A stretch of 63,691 nt of DNA, filler included, from an uncultured bacterium (GTDB lineage Bacteria; CAYJRR01), in the NCBI GenBank assembly GCA_964372275.1. It is 3 parts of 3 records of this genome, joined end to end, with 100 filler letters (N's around TTAATTAATTAA, not from the genome) between each part and the next. Parts side by side here need not be neighbours in the genome. Positions count along the whole stretch, not along the records: positions 44,511 to 63,691 come from CAYJRR010000088.1; 2 more parts are not named here. One strand, written 5' to 3'. Below the pieces are notes generated by a model that worked only from the letters and a program-made list of their open reading frames with translations, made no database searches and was not told the origin of the DNA. The translations under genes and the position numbers were made by a program. Of this stretch, positions 49,546 through 58,926 are shown in pieces. Every line of letters begins with the position of its first letter. Position 1 is the first letter of the stretch.

Positions 49546-50685
49546 ATGCATGTGGCGAGTCGCCGATACGCCGCGATCGTTGCGGTGCGCGTCAGTCGAG
49601 GTCGACACGCCGCGCTCCTCGCCGTGGGAATGAGCCTGCTGGCCGCCTGCCAGCCGGCCGGAGGATCGGCCCGGCTCCGCGCAGAGGTCGGCGTCACGGA
49701 GTCGGTCGAATCGGGCCGTGCGGATCCGCGAGTCGGGTTCGCGGCCGAGGCCGCGACGACCGAGGGCGGCGGTGGGCCGACCCTCGAAGGGAGTGACATC
49801 GTCTCGTTCACGCCGGACTCGATCCGGGTGCGTCTCCGCGGACTCTATTTCTGCGCCACCCTCGTCGACGTCCAGGGCAACCGCACCTGCGGGCCGGACC
49901 AGGAACAGATCTCGGTCCTGGAGGACCAGGAGATCGAGCTCGTCGACCAGGATCCGTTCGAGTCGCTCGCCGAGTTCGGCGCCGACGTCGGGAGCGGGAA
50001 GACCGGGGAGTTCGGCGGCGCGGTCCTGCTCTACGCCGTCGACGACACGAACACGTCGACCGTCCGGATCAACGGAACGGTTACGCTCTCCAGCGGATCG
50101 ACCTTCACCTTCACCGACCTCGACGTGCCGCTGGGGCTCACGGGGATCGGCGTCGATCTCGTGCCACCTCTCGTGGTCGAAGAGGGGAAGACGGCGGTGA
50201 TCCGCGGACTCTTCGACCCGGAGCATCTTCTCCATCTCCGGGAGACGGCGCCGACTCCCAACTGCGCGGCCTCCGGAGTCACGAACATCGGCGTCTGCTC
50301 CGAATCGTTTCCTCTCCTCCCGGTGGCGGGGGAGAACTCGCCGACGGTGGAGCGGTACGAAGTGGTGCTGGAGTCGGACGCGCTGGGGACCCAGGGGAAA
50401 TATCACCTGAAGATCTCGCTCGCCTTCGACTCCGCAGACAGCCTTCTTTCCGCGGACTGGCATCCGATCTACGCCGAGGGGTATCGGTTCCAGGGGGGCG
50501 GGTTTCATCCCTGCCGGCTCCACCTTCCGGACGTCGTCCAAACCGGAACGACCTACCGGCTGAAATCGGAAGACGTGTGCCCCAGCAGCACGCTCGTCTT
50601 TCCCGCATTCGAGCGCGATTCCCATTCCGGGACGCTCGTGTATGGGGGGACGGAGATCCCCTACGCCGCGACGAAGCGGCCGTAG
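49546..50685 (+). CDS. Hypothetical lipoprotein
   Basis: GGAGGT RBS; lipobox LAAC; beta-rich with paired Cys. Confidence 0.7.
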   Translation: MHVASRRYAAIVAVRVSRGRHAALLAVGMSLLAACQPAGGSARLRAEVGVTESVESGRADPRVGFAAEAATTEGGGGPTLEGSDIVSFTPDSIRVRLRGLYFCATLVDVQGNRTCGPDQEQISVLEDQEIELVDQDPFESLAEFGADVGSGKTGEFGGAVLLYAVDDTNTSTVRINGTVTLSSGSTFTFTDLDVPLGLTGIGVDLVPPLVVEEGKTAVIRGLFDPEHLLHLRETAPTPNCAASGVTNIGVCSESFPLLPVAGENSPTVERYEVVLESDALGTQGKYHLKISLAFDSADSLLSADWHPIYAEGYRFQGGGFHPCRLHLPDVVQTGTTYRLKSEDVCPSSTLVFPAFERDSHSGTLVYGGTEIPYAATKRP

Positions 50686-50755
50686 ACTCGAACGCCATTC
50701 GAACGTCGGGGAAGGAGGCGCCTGCCAGTCCGCTCGCGACGGTAATACTATTGGT

Positions 50756-50992
50756 ATGAAAACGGCGATCTCGCTGCCGGACGACCTCTTCGAGAGGGCG
50801 GAGCGTCTGGCGCGGCGATTGAATCGGTCTCGTAGCGAGCTGTACCGGGAAGCGGTCGCGGAGTACATCGCGCGCCGAAGCCCTGACGCCATCACCGACG
50901 CCTACGACCGGATCGCCGAACGGGTCGACCTGCGCGCGGATCCGTTCGTTTCTACGGCCGCCCGCCGTGCGCTTGAACGCACGGAATGGTGA
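50756..50992 (+). CDS. Ribbon-helix-helix antitoxin (MazE/ChpI-type)
   Basis: MKTAISLPDDLFERAERLARRLNRSRSELY...TEW; overlaps the toxin start. Confidence 0.9.
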   Translation: MKTAISLPDDLFERAERLARRLNRSRSELYREAVAEYIARRSPDAITDAYDRIAERVDLRADPFVSTAARRALERTEW

Positions 50993-51330
50993 TCGCGCAG
51001 GGTGACGTGTGCTGGGCGGACCTGCCGGACCCGGTCGGGTCGGGACCCGGCTCTCGCCGACCCGTCGTCGTCGTTCAGGGAGATGCGCTGAACAGAAGAC
51101 GGATCGCGACCGCGTTGTGCGTTCCGCTCACGAGCAACGTGGCGTGGGCGGCCGCGCCCGGAAATCTGCTGCTGACGGCGCGCGCCACCGGCCTCCCGAA
51201 AGACTCGGTGGCGAACGTCTCGCAGATCGTCGCCATCGAACGGTCCGTTCTGAGCGAGCGCACGGGCCGTCTCTCGCGCAACCAGATGCGCCTTCTCCTT
51301 GCGGGAATCGACGTCGTCCTGGGCCGATAG
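50986..51330 (+). CDS. mazF: PemK/MazF family endoribonuclease toxin
   Basis: QGDVCWADLPDPVGSGPGSRRPVVVVQ...PLTSN...GLPKDSVANVSQI. Confidence 0.92.
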   Translation: MVIAQGDVCWADLPDPVGSGPGSRRPVVVVQGDALNRRRIATALCVPLTSNVAWAAAPGNLLLTARATGLPKDSVANVSQIVAIERSVLSERTGRLSRNQMRLLLAGIDVVLGR

Positions 51331-51378
51331 ACGTGTAACCCTCCGCATCGCCCATCGCCGCCGGCGGGCGTCGTCCCC

Positions 51379-52365
51379 CTACTCGAAGATCACGTCGATG
51401 TCGTATCCGGACGAGAAGTTTACGAGTACCGGTCCGGTCGCCCCCGGCGCCTCGAAGGTGTGGATCCGGTACTTCAGGATCTGCATCGTGTCGACGATCT
51501 GGTAGGCGGTCGGCTCGAGGTACTGCATCGCCGAGGCCGGGATCGTCGCCTCGCCGTCGTCCTCGAACTTGCACAGGTAGACGAACGGCGTGCCGTCCTG
51601 GACCTCGTACTGCATCAGGAAGACGAACAGCGGAAGCCCGTCCTTCTCCGACTCCCACGCGAGCGGGATGTCCTGCGAGCGGTCGATCGTTCGCGGGCCG
51701 GTCCCGGCGGTCAGGTTCGCCGGCTCGGTGACCAGGATGTCGGGGGGACCGGGAAAGGTGGTGGAGAAGGCGCCCACCTGCGCGCCGGTACCGGCGAGAG
51801 TGTAGTCGGCGCCGCCGCCGACGAAGACGCCGGGCATCGCCTGCGCCAGGTAGAGCTGCAGGCCGCCGAGCGGAAGGAAGAAGAACGATCCCGTGCCGGA
51901 CGGGGAGGCGATCGAGACATCGCCCGCGGCCAGGGTGATCTGCCCGCTTCCGGAGATCGCGATCGACGCCCCGTAGCCGCCGCCGCAGGTATCGAGCTCC
52001 ATGTCGGGATAACCGCCGAACAGCGCCTCCCACGGCTCCATGAAGATCAGCGGCACCGGCTGCGCGTAGAACGATCCGCTCCCTCCGATCCCGCCCGGCG
52101 GGTCGTTCCCCTGGACCCGGATGTTGCCGAGAGAGAACCACCCGCCGAGCGTCTCGGGCGGCGCGCCGCCGCCGGGGGTGTCGTCATCGGGGGTCGGGTC
52201 GTCGCCGGTCGTGCCACCGTCGTCGTTCCCGCCGTCGTCGTCATCGTCCGCGGCGGGCGGTTCCGGGTCGGTCGTGATCCCTCCACCGACCACGTTGCCG
52301 CAACCGGCGGCGAGCGAGAGCAGGGACGCGAAGCCGAGAACGATCCAACGAGGATGGGCGCGCAT
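51379..52365 (-). CDS. Hypothetical lipoprotein with acidic linker
   Basis: GGAGG RBS, lipobox AAGC, D/G/P-rich linker, beta-rich body. Confidence 0.8.
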   Translation of the reverse strand: MRAHPRWIVLGFASLLSLAAGCGNVVGGGITTDPEPPAADDDDDGGNDDGGTTGDDPTPDDDTPGGGAPPETLGGWFSLGNIRVQGNDPPGGIGGSGSFYAQPVPLIFMEPWEALFGGYPDMELDTCGGGYGASIAISGSGQITLAAGDVSIASPSGTGSFFFLPLGGLQLYLAQAMPGVFVGGGADYTLAGTGAQVGAFSTTFPGPPDILVTEPANLTAGTGPRTIDRSQDIPLAWESEKDGLPLFVFLMQYEVQDGTPFVYLCKFEDDGEATIPASAMQYLEPTAYQIVDTMQILKYRIHTFEAPGATGPVLVNFSSGYDIDVIFE

Positions 52366-52403
52366 CGAACCTCCAAAAAGTCGGGCGTCCGAATGAACAG
52401 AGC

Positions 52404-52445
52404 GAATGAATATTCATTCTGAGGACGGCGAATGAATACTCATTC
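52404..52445. promoter_or_regulatory. Two palindromic operators GAATGA-N4-TCATTC (TetR-family-like)
   Basis: GAATGAATATTCATTC (52404-52419, perfect palindrome), GAATGAATACTCATTC (52430-52445), plus half site GAATGAA at 52391. Confidence 0.8.
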
Positions 52446-52473
52446 CGTTCTTGCCTGGGAAGAGGGATTCGCG

Positions 52474-53901
52474 TCAGCGCAGCCCGACGACCTGCGTGAG
52501 GAGTGCGTCACGCAGGTCACGGATCGCCGCCGCGGGATCGGAGGCGCTCGCGTCGAGCGCCAGACGGAGCACCGTTCCCCCTCGGCGCGTGATCGACGCA
52601 TCGGGGAGCGCCACGCCGCCCAGAGGGACGACGTACGACCGCCGGCGGGGATCGACCAGCGCCGACGGCTCGAGCTCGGCGACGAGGGAGACCGAGGCGA
52701 CGCCTCGGCGAATCGGGTCGGCCAGGAGCCTCTCCATCAGCCGGTGCTCCTCCCGGTCGGCGCGGTCGGCCTCCGGGGAGAGGAGATGGACCGTGACGCG
52801 GGCGCCGTCCCCGCCGAACAGATCGAGGAGGTCCTCCGCCACGCGCGCCGCGAACGCGTAGGCCAGGACGGACGCGCTCACCACGTGGCCCGCCTTCTTG
52901 AGGCGCAGCGGCGCCGGTTCGAGCACGACGGCGAGCGCGCGCCGTTTCCGATGGAGGACCCCCGAGTCGCGCACGTAGTAGAGGAGATCCCCTTCGGCCC
53001 ATCGCAACGCGAACAGGTCGACGTGCGGATCGGCGTCGCGCCACACGAGCTCCGACCGAACCAGGTTCTCGATCGATCCGCCGGTGGAGACCTCCTCCAG
53101 GCCGCCGGTCGGGTAGCTTCCCGCGTCGTGGAGCGCCGTCGAACTCTCCGGGCTCTCGACGCGCAGCCGCGTCCGCGCGAGGTCGACCGGGCCGGCCTCG
53201 GCGGCGAGCCGCCGCACCCGGCGCGCGATCAACCGCAGGTGCGGGTGGTCGAGCGCCTCCCAATGCGCGAGCTCGAACAGGTCTTCCTCGCGGAAGACGC
53301 CCGCGATCTCGATTCGCGACGCCTGGCGCCGCAGGAACGACGACAGGATGCGCAGGGCGCCGGGGGACGGCGTGTCGACCGTCGGCGGCGCGGTCTCGCC
53401 GAATCCGGCGAGGTCCCGCAGGTGGACGGGGTTGATCGAAGGCGACGCCTCGCAAGCCTCCCCCCGCGCGGGATCGAACAGGATCTCCAGCACCCGTTGG
53501 ATCCGCGCGTCGTGGAGCGCCGCCGGTCCCTCGACGATCGTCGCCGACGCGCGGCGAAAGCCGGCATCGCAACGCAGGGCGTTCAGGAACCGGTTCTCGT
53601 AGGCCAGTCGGATCGGTCGCTCCTCCTCCGACCATCGGTCGAGGCGCGAGACGGCGGCGAACGGGAACCGGTCGGCCAGGAGCAGCAGGTGTCCGACGTC
53701 GTGCACGGCGAAGAACGGGATTGCCGCCAGCCCGAACCCCTGGAGATGGCGGAACCAGGCCAGGGCCCGGTCGGCGGCGGCGATCCGATCCTCGAACGCC
53801 GCGCCCGAGACGGAGAGGAGTCCGAGCAACGCCTCGGGCAGCGAGTCCGGCGGAATCTCAGCGGAGGCGGGATCGGATCCGGAGTCGGTGTCGGTCGGCA
53901 T
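52474..53901 (-). CDS. Degenerate vWA-related partner of the MoxR ATPase (FtsH ternary system-like)
   Basis: IPFFAVHDVGHLL; DAGSYPTGGLEEVSTGGSIENLVRSEL...DLFALRWAEGDLLYYVRD; no intact DxSxS MIDAS seen; follows MoxR. Confidence 0.7.
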   Translation of the reverse strand: MPTDTDSGSDPASAEIPPDSLPEALLGLLSVSGAAFEDRIAAADRALAWFRHLQGFGLAAIPFFAVHDVGHLLLLADRFPFAAVSRLDRWSEEERPIRLAYENRFLNALRCDAGFRRASATIVEGPAALHDARIQRVLEILFDPARGEACEASPSINPVHLRDLAGFGETAPPTVDTPSPGALRILSSFLRRQASRIEIAGVFREEDLFELAHWEALDHPHLRLIARRVRRLAAEAGPVDLARTRLRVESPESSTALHDAGSYPTGGLEEVSTGGSIENLVRSELVWRDADPHVDLFALRWAEGDLLYYVRDSGVLHRKRRALAVVLEPAPLRLKKAGHVVSASVLAYAFAARVAEDLLDLFGGDGARVTVHLLSPEADRADREEHRLMERLLADPIRRGVASVSLVAELEPSALVDPRRRSYVVPLGGVALPDASITRRGGTVLRLALDASASDPAAAIRDLRDALLTQVVGLR

Positions 53902-53915
53902 GCGCGTGGCGCGGG

Positions 53916-54896
53916 TCAGCGCTCGAGCTTGAGGATGGCGTCGACCTTCGTCCGCACCGCCGCGAAGTCGGCGTCCCGGTCGCCGACGTGCCGCAGCAGC
54001 GTCAGGTCCTCGCGGCGCACCGCGCCGCCGTGAAGCAGGAAGGCCCGGGCGCGGAGCAGCCGGTAGAGCTTGATCACCTTCCGGTCGGAGACCTGGACCC
54101 GGTCCTCCTTCTCCAGGGTGCGGAGGATCGCCTTGAACACCTCGAAGACCTCCTCGGGGAACCAGCGCTTCCGGTCCTCGGGATCGACCATCTGGTGGTC
54201 GAGCCAGGCTTTGAGCTTGAGGAAGTCCTCGAGCGAGGCGAGTCCGGCCCACGGCCTCCGCCTGAACGTACGCATTCCTTCGTTGGCGAGGCCCTTGGCC
54301 ACCAGCTCGTCGAAGTGGCGGTCTTTCACCGGGTGGCTCTCGACCTTGAGCGGGAACCGATCGCGCAGCGCGGCCAGCTCGTCGAAATCGGGAACGCCGT
54401 TGGTCGCGGCGAACATCATCTTCATCCGCACCGGCACGGGGCGGCCGTCCTGGTAGTACTTCCGCTCGTTGATGAGGGTCAGCAGCGTGTTCAGGATCGC
54501 GGAGTTCGACTTGAAGATCTCGTCGAGGAAGACGACCTCGGCGGTCGGCATCTTCCCCTCCACCCGGCGCACGTACCGTCCGTCCTTCAGCTCGTTCAGG
54601 TCGATCGGACCGATGATCTCCGACGGCTCCGTGAACTTGGTCAGCATGTACTCGAAGTAGTCGGACTCCCCCAGACCCAGCGCCTCGCACCACCGGACCA
54701 CCAGGTCGCTCTTGGCGGTCCCGGGCCTTCCGACCAGCAGCAACGGCTCCTGCGCCAGCGTCGTGACCGCCATCAGCTCCAGGATCTCCGCCTTCTCGAC
54801 GTAGTAGGCGGCGAGCAGGGTCCGCGCGCGGTTGACGCGCTCGCGCAGCGACTCCACCTGTCCCTTGAGCTCCTCCGGTTTCCAGCTTCCGCTCAT
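53916..54896 (-). CDS. MoxR/RavA-family AAA+ ATPase
   Basis: GRPGTAKS, LTKFTEPSEIIGPID, FLDEIFKSNSAILNTLL, AATN, ALRDRF, SDRK. Confidence 0.93.
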   Translation of the reverse strand: MSGSWKPEELKGQVESLRERVNRARTLLAAYYVEKAEILELMAVTTLAQEPLLLVGRPGTAKSDLVVRWCEALGLGESDYFEYMLTKFTEPSEIIGPIDLNELKDGRYVRRVEGKMPTAEVVFLDEIFKSNSAILNTLLTLINERKYYQDGRPVPVRMKMMFAATNGVPDFDELAALRDRFPLKVESHPVKDRHFDELVAKGLANEGMRTFRRRPWAGLASLEDFLKLKAWLDHQMVDPEDRKRWFPEEVFEVFKAILRTLEKEDRVQVSDRKVIKLYRLLRARAFLLHGGAVRREDLTLLRHVGDRDADFAAVRTKVDAILKLER

Positions 54897-57800
54897 CTAC
54901 ACCACCTTTTCGTTGGCGATCCGCTCGCGCAGGACCCGCTCCTCCGCCCCCAGGTAGCGCGCGTACTCCGCCCGCACCCGAGACGCGGGGGAGACCACCT
55001 CGTCGAGGACCAGTCCCAGCAGTTCCGAACCGGAATCGCCGACGCTCAACGAGCGCTCGGCGAGGAACAGGTCGAGCACGCGGTCGACGAGGTGGAGCCG
55101 GCGGGGGCCGCCGACCTCGGAGAGGCTGTGCACGATCTCCCGCAGGAGGTCGTACCGGTCGCGCCCCGGCGTCTTTCCGGTCGCTTCGAGGACGCGCTCG
55201 AGCGACTCCAGGCCCGCCTCCTCGCCGCCGACGCGGATCCACCCGCGGGCGCACTTGGCAAGCGCCTGGTAGCGGTAGAAGGGGGTCCAGTAGCGGGAGG
55301 CGGAATCGCCGGCGGCACCCGAGGCCAGCGCCTCCACCCGGCGCAGGATCGCCTTGGCCTCCTCGCCGCCGCCGTGGGCCACGGCGTGGTCGACGCACAG
55401 TCCCAGCACCTCGAAGAGGAAGGTGACGTCGCCGGTCGAGGCGAGCGAGGTCGTCTCCACCAGGTCGACGACGGTCCCCATCACCGCGATCGCCGCCGCG
55501 CGGTCGCCGAGGCGCGCCGCGGCGTCGACACACGCCGTCAGCACCTCGCTCCGGAAGTACGGACCGATTCCGGGCCGTCCCGCCCGGTCGACGATCTGCT
55601 GCACGAGCGCGAGGCCAGGGCCGACGCGTCCGAACTGCGGGACGATCGAGGTCAGACGGCGCACCGCGCGGCGGCGATCGTCGTCGCTCTGGAGCGCCCA
55701 TGCGCGGTCGACGGCCAGGGCGAGGTCCTCCATCCCGGCGTCGGCGGCACGCGCGGCGGCGAGCCCCCGGATGGCGGCCGCCCAGGCGAGCAACTCGGGG
55801 AAGCGGGGATCGGCGGCGCGCATCCGCTCGGCGAGCTGCAGAGCGAACGCCTCGCCGCCGATCGCCACCGCCCCTTCGACCAAGCGCGCGTCGGTGTCGC
55901 GAAGATCGCGGAGGTGGGGGCGGACGGCCGCCAGGAGCCGCTCGGTCGTTTCGCGCGGCAGCTCGCGTGGGCCCACGAACGCCGACAACGCCGCCATCGC
56001 GGCGCCGAAGTAGTGCGCGTCGGCCTGCACGGCCGGCGAGGAGGCGATCGCCAGCGCCATTTCGCGCGCGCGCGGGGCGGCCCCGATCCGCTGGAGCGCC
56101 GGCGCGCAGCGGGCGAGGGAGAGCGCGCCCCTGCGCGGATCGGCCGCCTCGATCGAGGCAAGTGCGTCGGCAAGGACCGTCGCGTCGGCCGGGACGTCGC
56201 TCGCCGCGATCAGGTCGAGGATCGCCGCCAGGGTGCGCGCCCGCTCGTCGTCGTTGGCAAGCCCCGTCACCGCCTCGAAGGCGCGGCGAATCGGCGCGTC
56301 GGCGACCGGATCGCGGAGCCTAAGCAGCGCCGCGCCAGCCGCGGCCAGCACCCGCGCCGCGGAGGCGCTTCGGCCCTGCCCGACGCCGGCGATCGCCTCG
56401 GCGGACAGGCGGCGGGCGCGGTCGACGTCGTCGATCTCCGCCCAGCGGCGCGCCAGTAGCGCGAGGCCCGAGAACCGGACCCGCACGTCGTCGAGCGCCG
56501 AGATCCTCCCGGTGAGCGCGTCCATCGTGCGCCGGAGGTCCCCCCCCTCGGTCGTCCCCGACCCGTGAGCCGTCCTTTCCGCCAGTCGCGCGCGCACGAA
56601 CTCCGCGCGGTCGAGGGGCTTTAGTCCATGCTGGTTCAGGTCGGCGAGCAGCTCCTCGCGCTGCCGCTCGAGCTCGATCTCGTCGCCGGAGCGGGCCAGC
56701 ACGGCGCTCCACACCAACCAGCGGCTCTTCTTGCGGAGACGCTCCGCGCGTCCGGCCGCGCGCGCGGCGGCGTGGAGCGACGCGAGCTCGGCGGGATCGA
56801 TCGGTGCCCCCTCTTCGAGACGGAGCGCGCGGAGGCGCAGCGAGCGCAGGTCGCCGCCGGAGGAGGGGTCGGGGCGTGGCGCGCGCGCGGTCGCCGCCTC
56901 GAGCAGCTCGATCGAACGCCGGCGGGCGTCGGCGTCGAGGGAGCGATCGAGCCAGCGGGCGTTTTCGTAGCCGTCGACGGCGCCGTCGACATCGCCGCGA
57001 AGGGCGCGAAGGTCGGCGAGAGAGAGCCAGTCGGTCGGGGAGCCGGGGGGAGAGAGGGAGATGCGGGATTCGAGGAGGGATTCGGGGGATGGGGCGGGGG
57101 CGGGTTCGGGTCGGGACGGATCGGGCGGAACCGGATCGGGTCGGCCCGGATCGGTTCGGTCCGGATCCGTTCGGATCCGATCGGTGTCGGTAACCGTTGC
57201 CGATTCCGATCCGATCCGATCGGTACCGGTTACCGGTGCGGATCCGATCCGATCGGTCTCGGTCGTGGGATTCGGAGTGGGAGAGGGGACCGAAGGAGAA
57301 GGAGAGGAAAGGGGTCGCTCGGCGAGGCCGGCGATTGGGCCGGGGTCGAAGATCGTGGAGGCGATCAGGGGGGGGAGGGTGGGGGACTGGGTCGTGACGA
57401 TGTAGTCGACGTAGGTGGTGAGGGGGCGGAACGACGATTCGGGCAGGCGGAGGGCGCGCACGCCGTCGGCGGCGGGTTCGACGATGACGAGCTCGCCGGG
57501 GGAAAGGGAGAATGCCTCGGCGATGCGGTCCCGTCGGAGGGGGGGCTCGAGTGCGCGGTCGATCGGGAGGAAAAGTCCGGGGAGGCCGCCGTGGCTCCGG
57601 AAGCCGCGGCGGGTGAAGTCGATCCAGCCGCGGCCGCGTCCGGTGATCACCTCGCGCAGCGCGGCCACGGGACGCGTCCCGCCGTCGGGGGGCGCGGGGG
57701 CGAAGAAGGCGACGCCCAAGTGTTTGAGGTCGGGCTCGGGGACCATCGCCAGCAGCCGCTCGACGGCGGGAAGGTCGTGCTCCTCGAGGAGCCACAGCTC

Positions 57801-58649
57801 CGGCTCGACGCGGTCGGGGGCGGAAGCCAGGCGGAGCTTGACGGTGAACCGCGGCGCCGGCTCGGCGGGGGACCAGCGGACGGCGCTGAGGTCCTCGGGG
57901 GAGACGGCGACGGCATCGTAGACGTCCCGCCAGTCGGGACCGGGAACGCGCTGGAGCGAGCCGTCCTCGTCGAAGAGCGCGACCTCCCCGCCGGCGACGC
58001 GCAGCCGCGCGGCGAGCGGATGCGACCATCCGAGGCGGACATAGACGTTCGGGGCGGCCGCGGCGAAGATCGGCAGCGCGTCGGATTCGCGCGTCCAGCG
58101 CTCGACGAGGTACCACGGCGGCGCGTCGATGCGCACCAGCACCGCGCCGGCGCCGCGCGCCCCGAGCGGCGCCCAACGGAGGCGGTCGGCGCCGAGCGCG
58201 AAACAGTCGCGCACCAGACGCGCGAACGAGCCGCCGTCGCCGCACCAGGCGAGGAGGTGGCCCCCGGGGAGGGGATCGGGCGCCTCGGCCCGACGCGTCG
58301 GACGCACGGCGTCGAGGAGTCGCTCGACGCGGGTCGACGCCTCGATCGTGAAGAGAAGCTCCGTCCCGCGCTCGGCGATCGCGCGCCGGCCGCCCCCCTC
58401 GAGGCGGACCCGTACCCGCCTTGCCCCGGCGAGCGAGGCGGGGGGCGCACCCGAGAGCTCCAGCAACAGGGGGCGATCTCCGCGAGGGTCCACCGCCTCG
58501 TGCACCGCCGCGGCCGAGCTCCACGGCGAGGCCGTCTCGCCGTCGACGCGCCCGCCGTCGGCGTCGATCCCGGGAAGGAGGCTCGCCGCGAGGTCTTCGA
58601 CGCCGTCGAAGACGAACAGGTCGACGGTGGCGACGCGCGCGCCGGTCAC
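54897..58649 (-). CDS. 1250-aa protein: conserved N-terminal region, Pro-rich linker, TPR/alpha-solenoid C-terminus
   Basis: PPWYLVERW, VYVRLGWSHPL, EPELWLL, LFLP...LEPPLRRD, FRPLTTYVDY; GTGA-coupled upstream and abuts the MoxR start. Confidence 0.8.
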   Translation of the reverse strand: MTGARVATVDLFVFDGVEDLAASLLPGIDADGGRVDGETASPWSSAAAVHEAVDPRGDRPLLLELSGAPPASLAGARRVRVRLEGGGRRAIAERGTELLFTIEASTRVERLLDAVRPTRRAEAPDPLPGGHLLAWCGDGGSFARLVRDCFALGADRLRWAPLGARGAGAVLVRIDAPPWYLVERWTRESDALPIFAAAAPNVYVRLGWSHPLAARLRVAGGEVALFDEDGSLQRVPGPDWRDVYDAVAVSPEDLSAVRWSPAEPAPRFTVKLRLASAPDRVEPELWLLEEHDLPAVERLLAMVPEPDLKHLGVAFFAPAPPDGGTRPVAALREVITGRGRGWIDFTRRGFRSHGGLPGLFLPIDRALEPPLRRDRIAEAFSLSPGELVIVEPAADGVRALRLPESSFRPLTTYVDYIVTTQSPTLPPLIASTIFDPGPIAGLAERPLSSPSPSVPSPTPNPTTETDRIGSAPVTGTDRIGSESATVTDTDRIRTDPDRTDPGRPDPVPPDPSRPEPAPAPSPESLLESRISLSPPGSPTDWLSLADLRALRGDVDGAVDGYENARWLDRSLDADARRRSIELLEAATARAPRPDPSSGGDLRSLRLRALRLEEGAPIDPAELASLHAAARAAGRAERLRKKSRWLVWSAVLARSGDEIELERQREELLADLNQHGLKPLDRAEFVRARLAERTAHGSGTTEGGDLRRTMDALTGRISALDDVRVRFSGLALLARRWAEIDDVDRARRLSAEAIAGVGQGRSASAARVLAAAGAALLRLRDPVADAPIRRAFEAVTGLANDDERARTLAAILDLIAASDVPADATVLADALASIEAADPRRGALSLARCAPALQRIGAAPRAREMALAIASSPAVQADAHYFGAAMAALSAFVGPRELPRETTERLLAAVRPHLRDLRDTDARLVEGAVAIGGEAFALQLAERMRAADPRFPELLAWAAAIRGLAAARAADAGMEDLALAVDRAWALQSDDDRRRAVRRLTSIVPQFGRVGPGLALVQQIVDRAGRPGIGPYFRSEVLTACVDAAARLGDRAAAIAVMGTVVDLVETTSLASTGDVTFLFEVLGLCVDHAVAHGGGEEAKAILRRVEALASGAAGDSASRYWTPFYRYQALAKCARGWIRVGGEEAGLESLERVLEATGKTPGRDRYDLLREIVHSLSEVGGPRRLHLVDRVLDLFLAERSLSVGDSGSELLGLVLDEVVSPASRVRAEYARYLGAEERVLRERIANEKVV
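57106..57262. repeat. CGGAT pentamer repeat element embedded in frame in the 1250-aa CDS
   Basis: Minus strand CGGATCGGATCGGAA...GTTACCGA...GATCGGATCCGA..CGGATCCGG matches 48361-48417; encodes TDRIGS/TDRIRTDP repeats. Confidence 0.8.
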
Positions 58650-58912
58650 GTCTTCACCGGCTCCTTCTCCCCCGCCCCGGCCGCCGTCCCGCCGGCGGGC
58701 GGGGCCTTCTTCCCGGTCCGCACCCGCTCCACCTTCACCCCGGCGGCCTCCTCCGCGGTGAGCGTGCCGGCGCCGACCAGCCGCTCGACGATCTCGCGAT
58801 GCCGCCGCTCGTGTTCCACCGGGAGGCGGTCGTCCTCCCCTTCGTACTCGACGACGATCTCCTTCTCTCCGGTGGTGGTGTCGAAGCGGAATCGGACGGT
58901 GATGTCGGGCAT
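58646..58912 (-). CDS. Small 88-aa conserved-looking protein of the FtsH/MoxR operon
   Basis: MPDITVRFRFDTTTGEKEIVVEYEGEDDRLPVEHERRHREIVERLVG; GAGG RBS. Confidence 0.8.
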   Translation of the reverse strand: MPDITVRFRFDTTTGEKEIVVEYEGEDDRLPVEHERRHREIVERLVGAGTLTAEEAAGVKVERVRTGKKAPPAGGTAAGAGEKEPVKT

Positions 58913-58926
58913 GGCCGTCGACGCCT

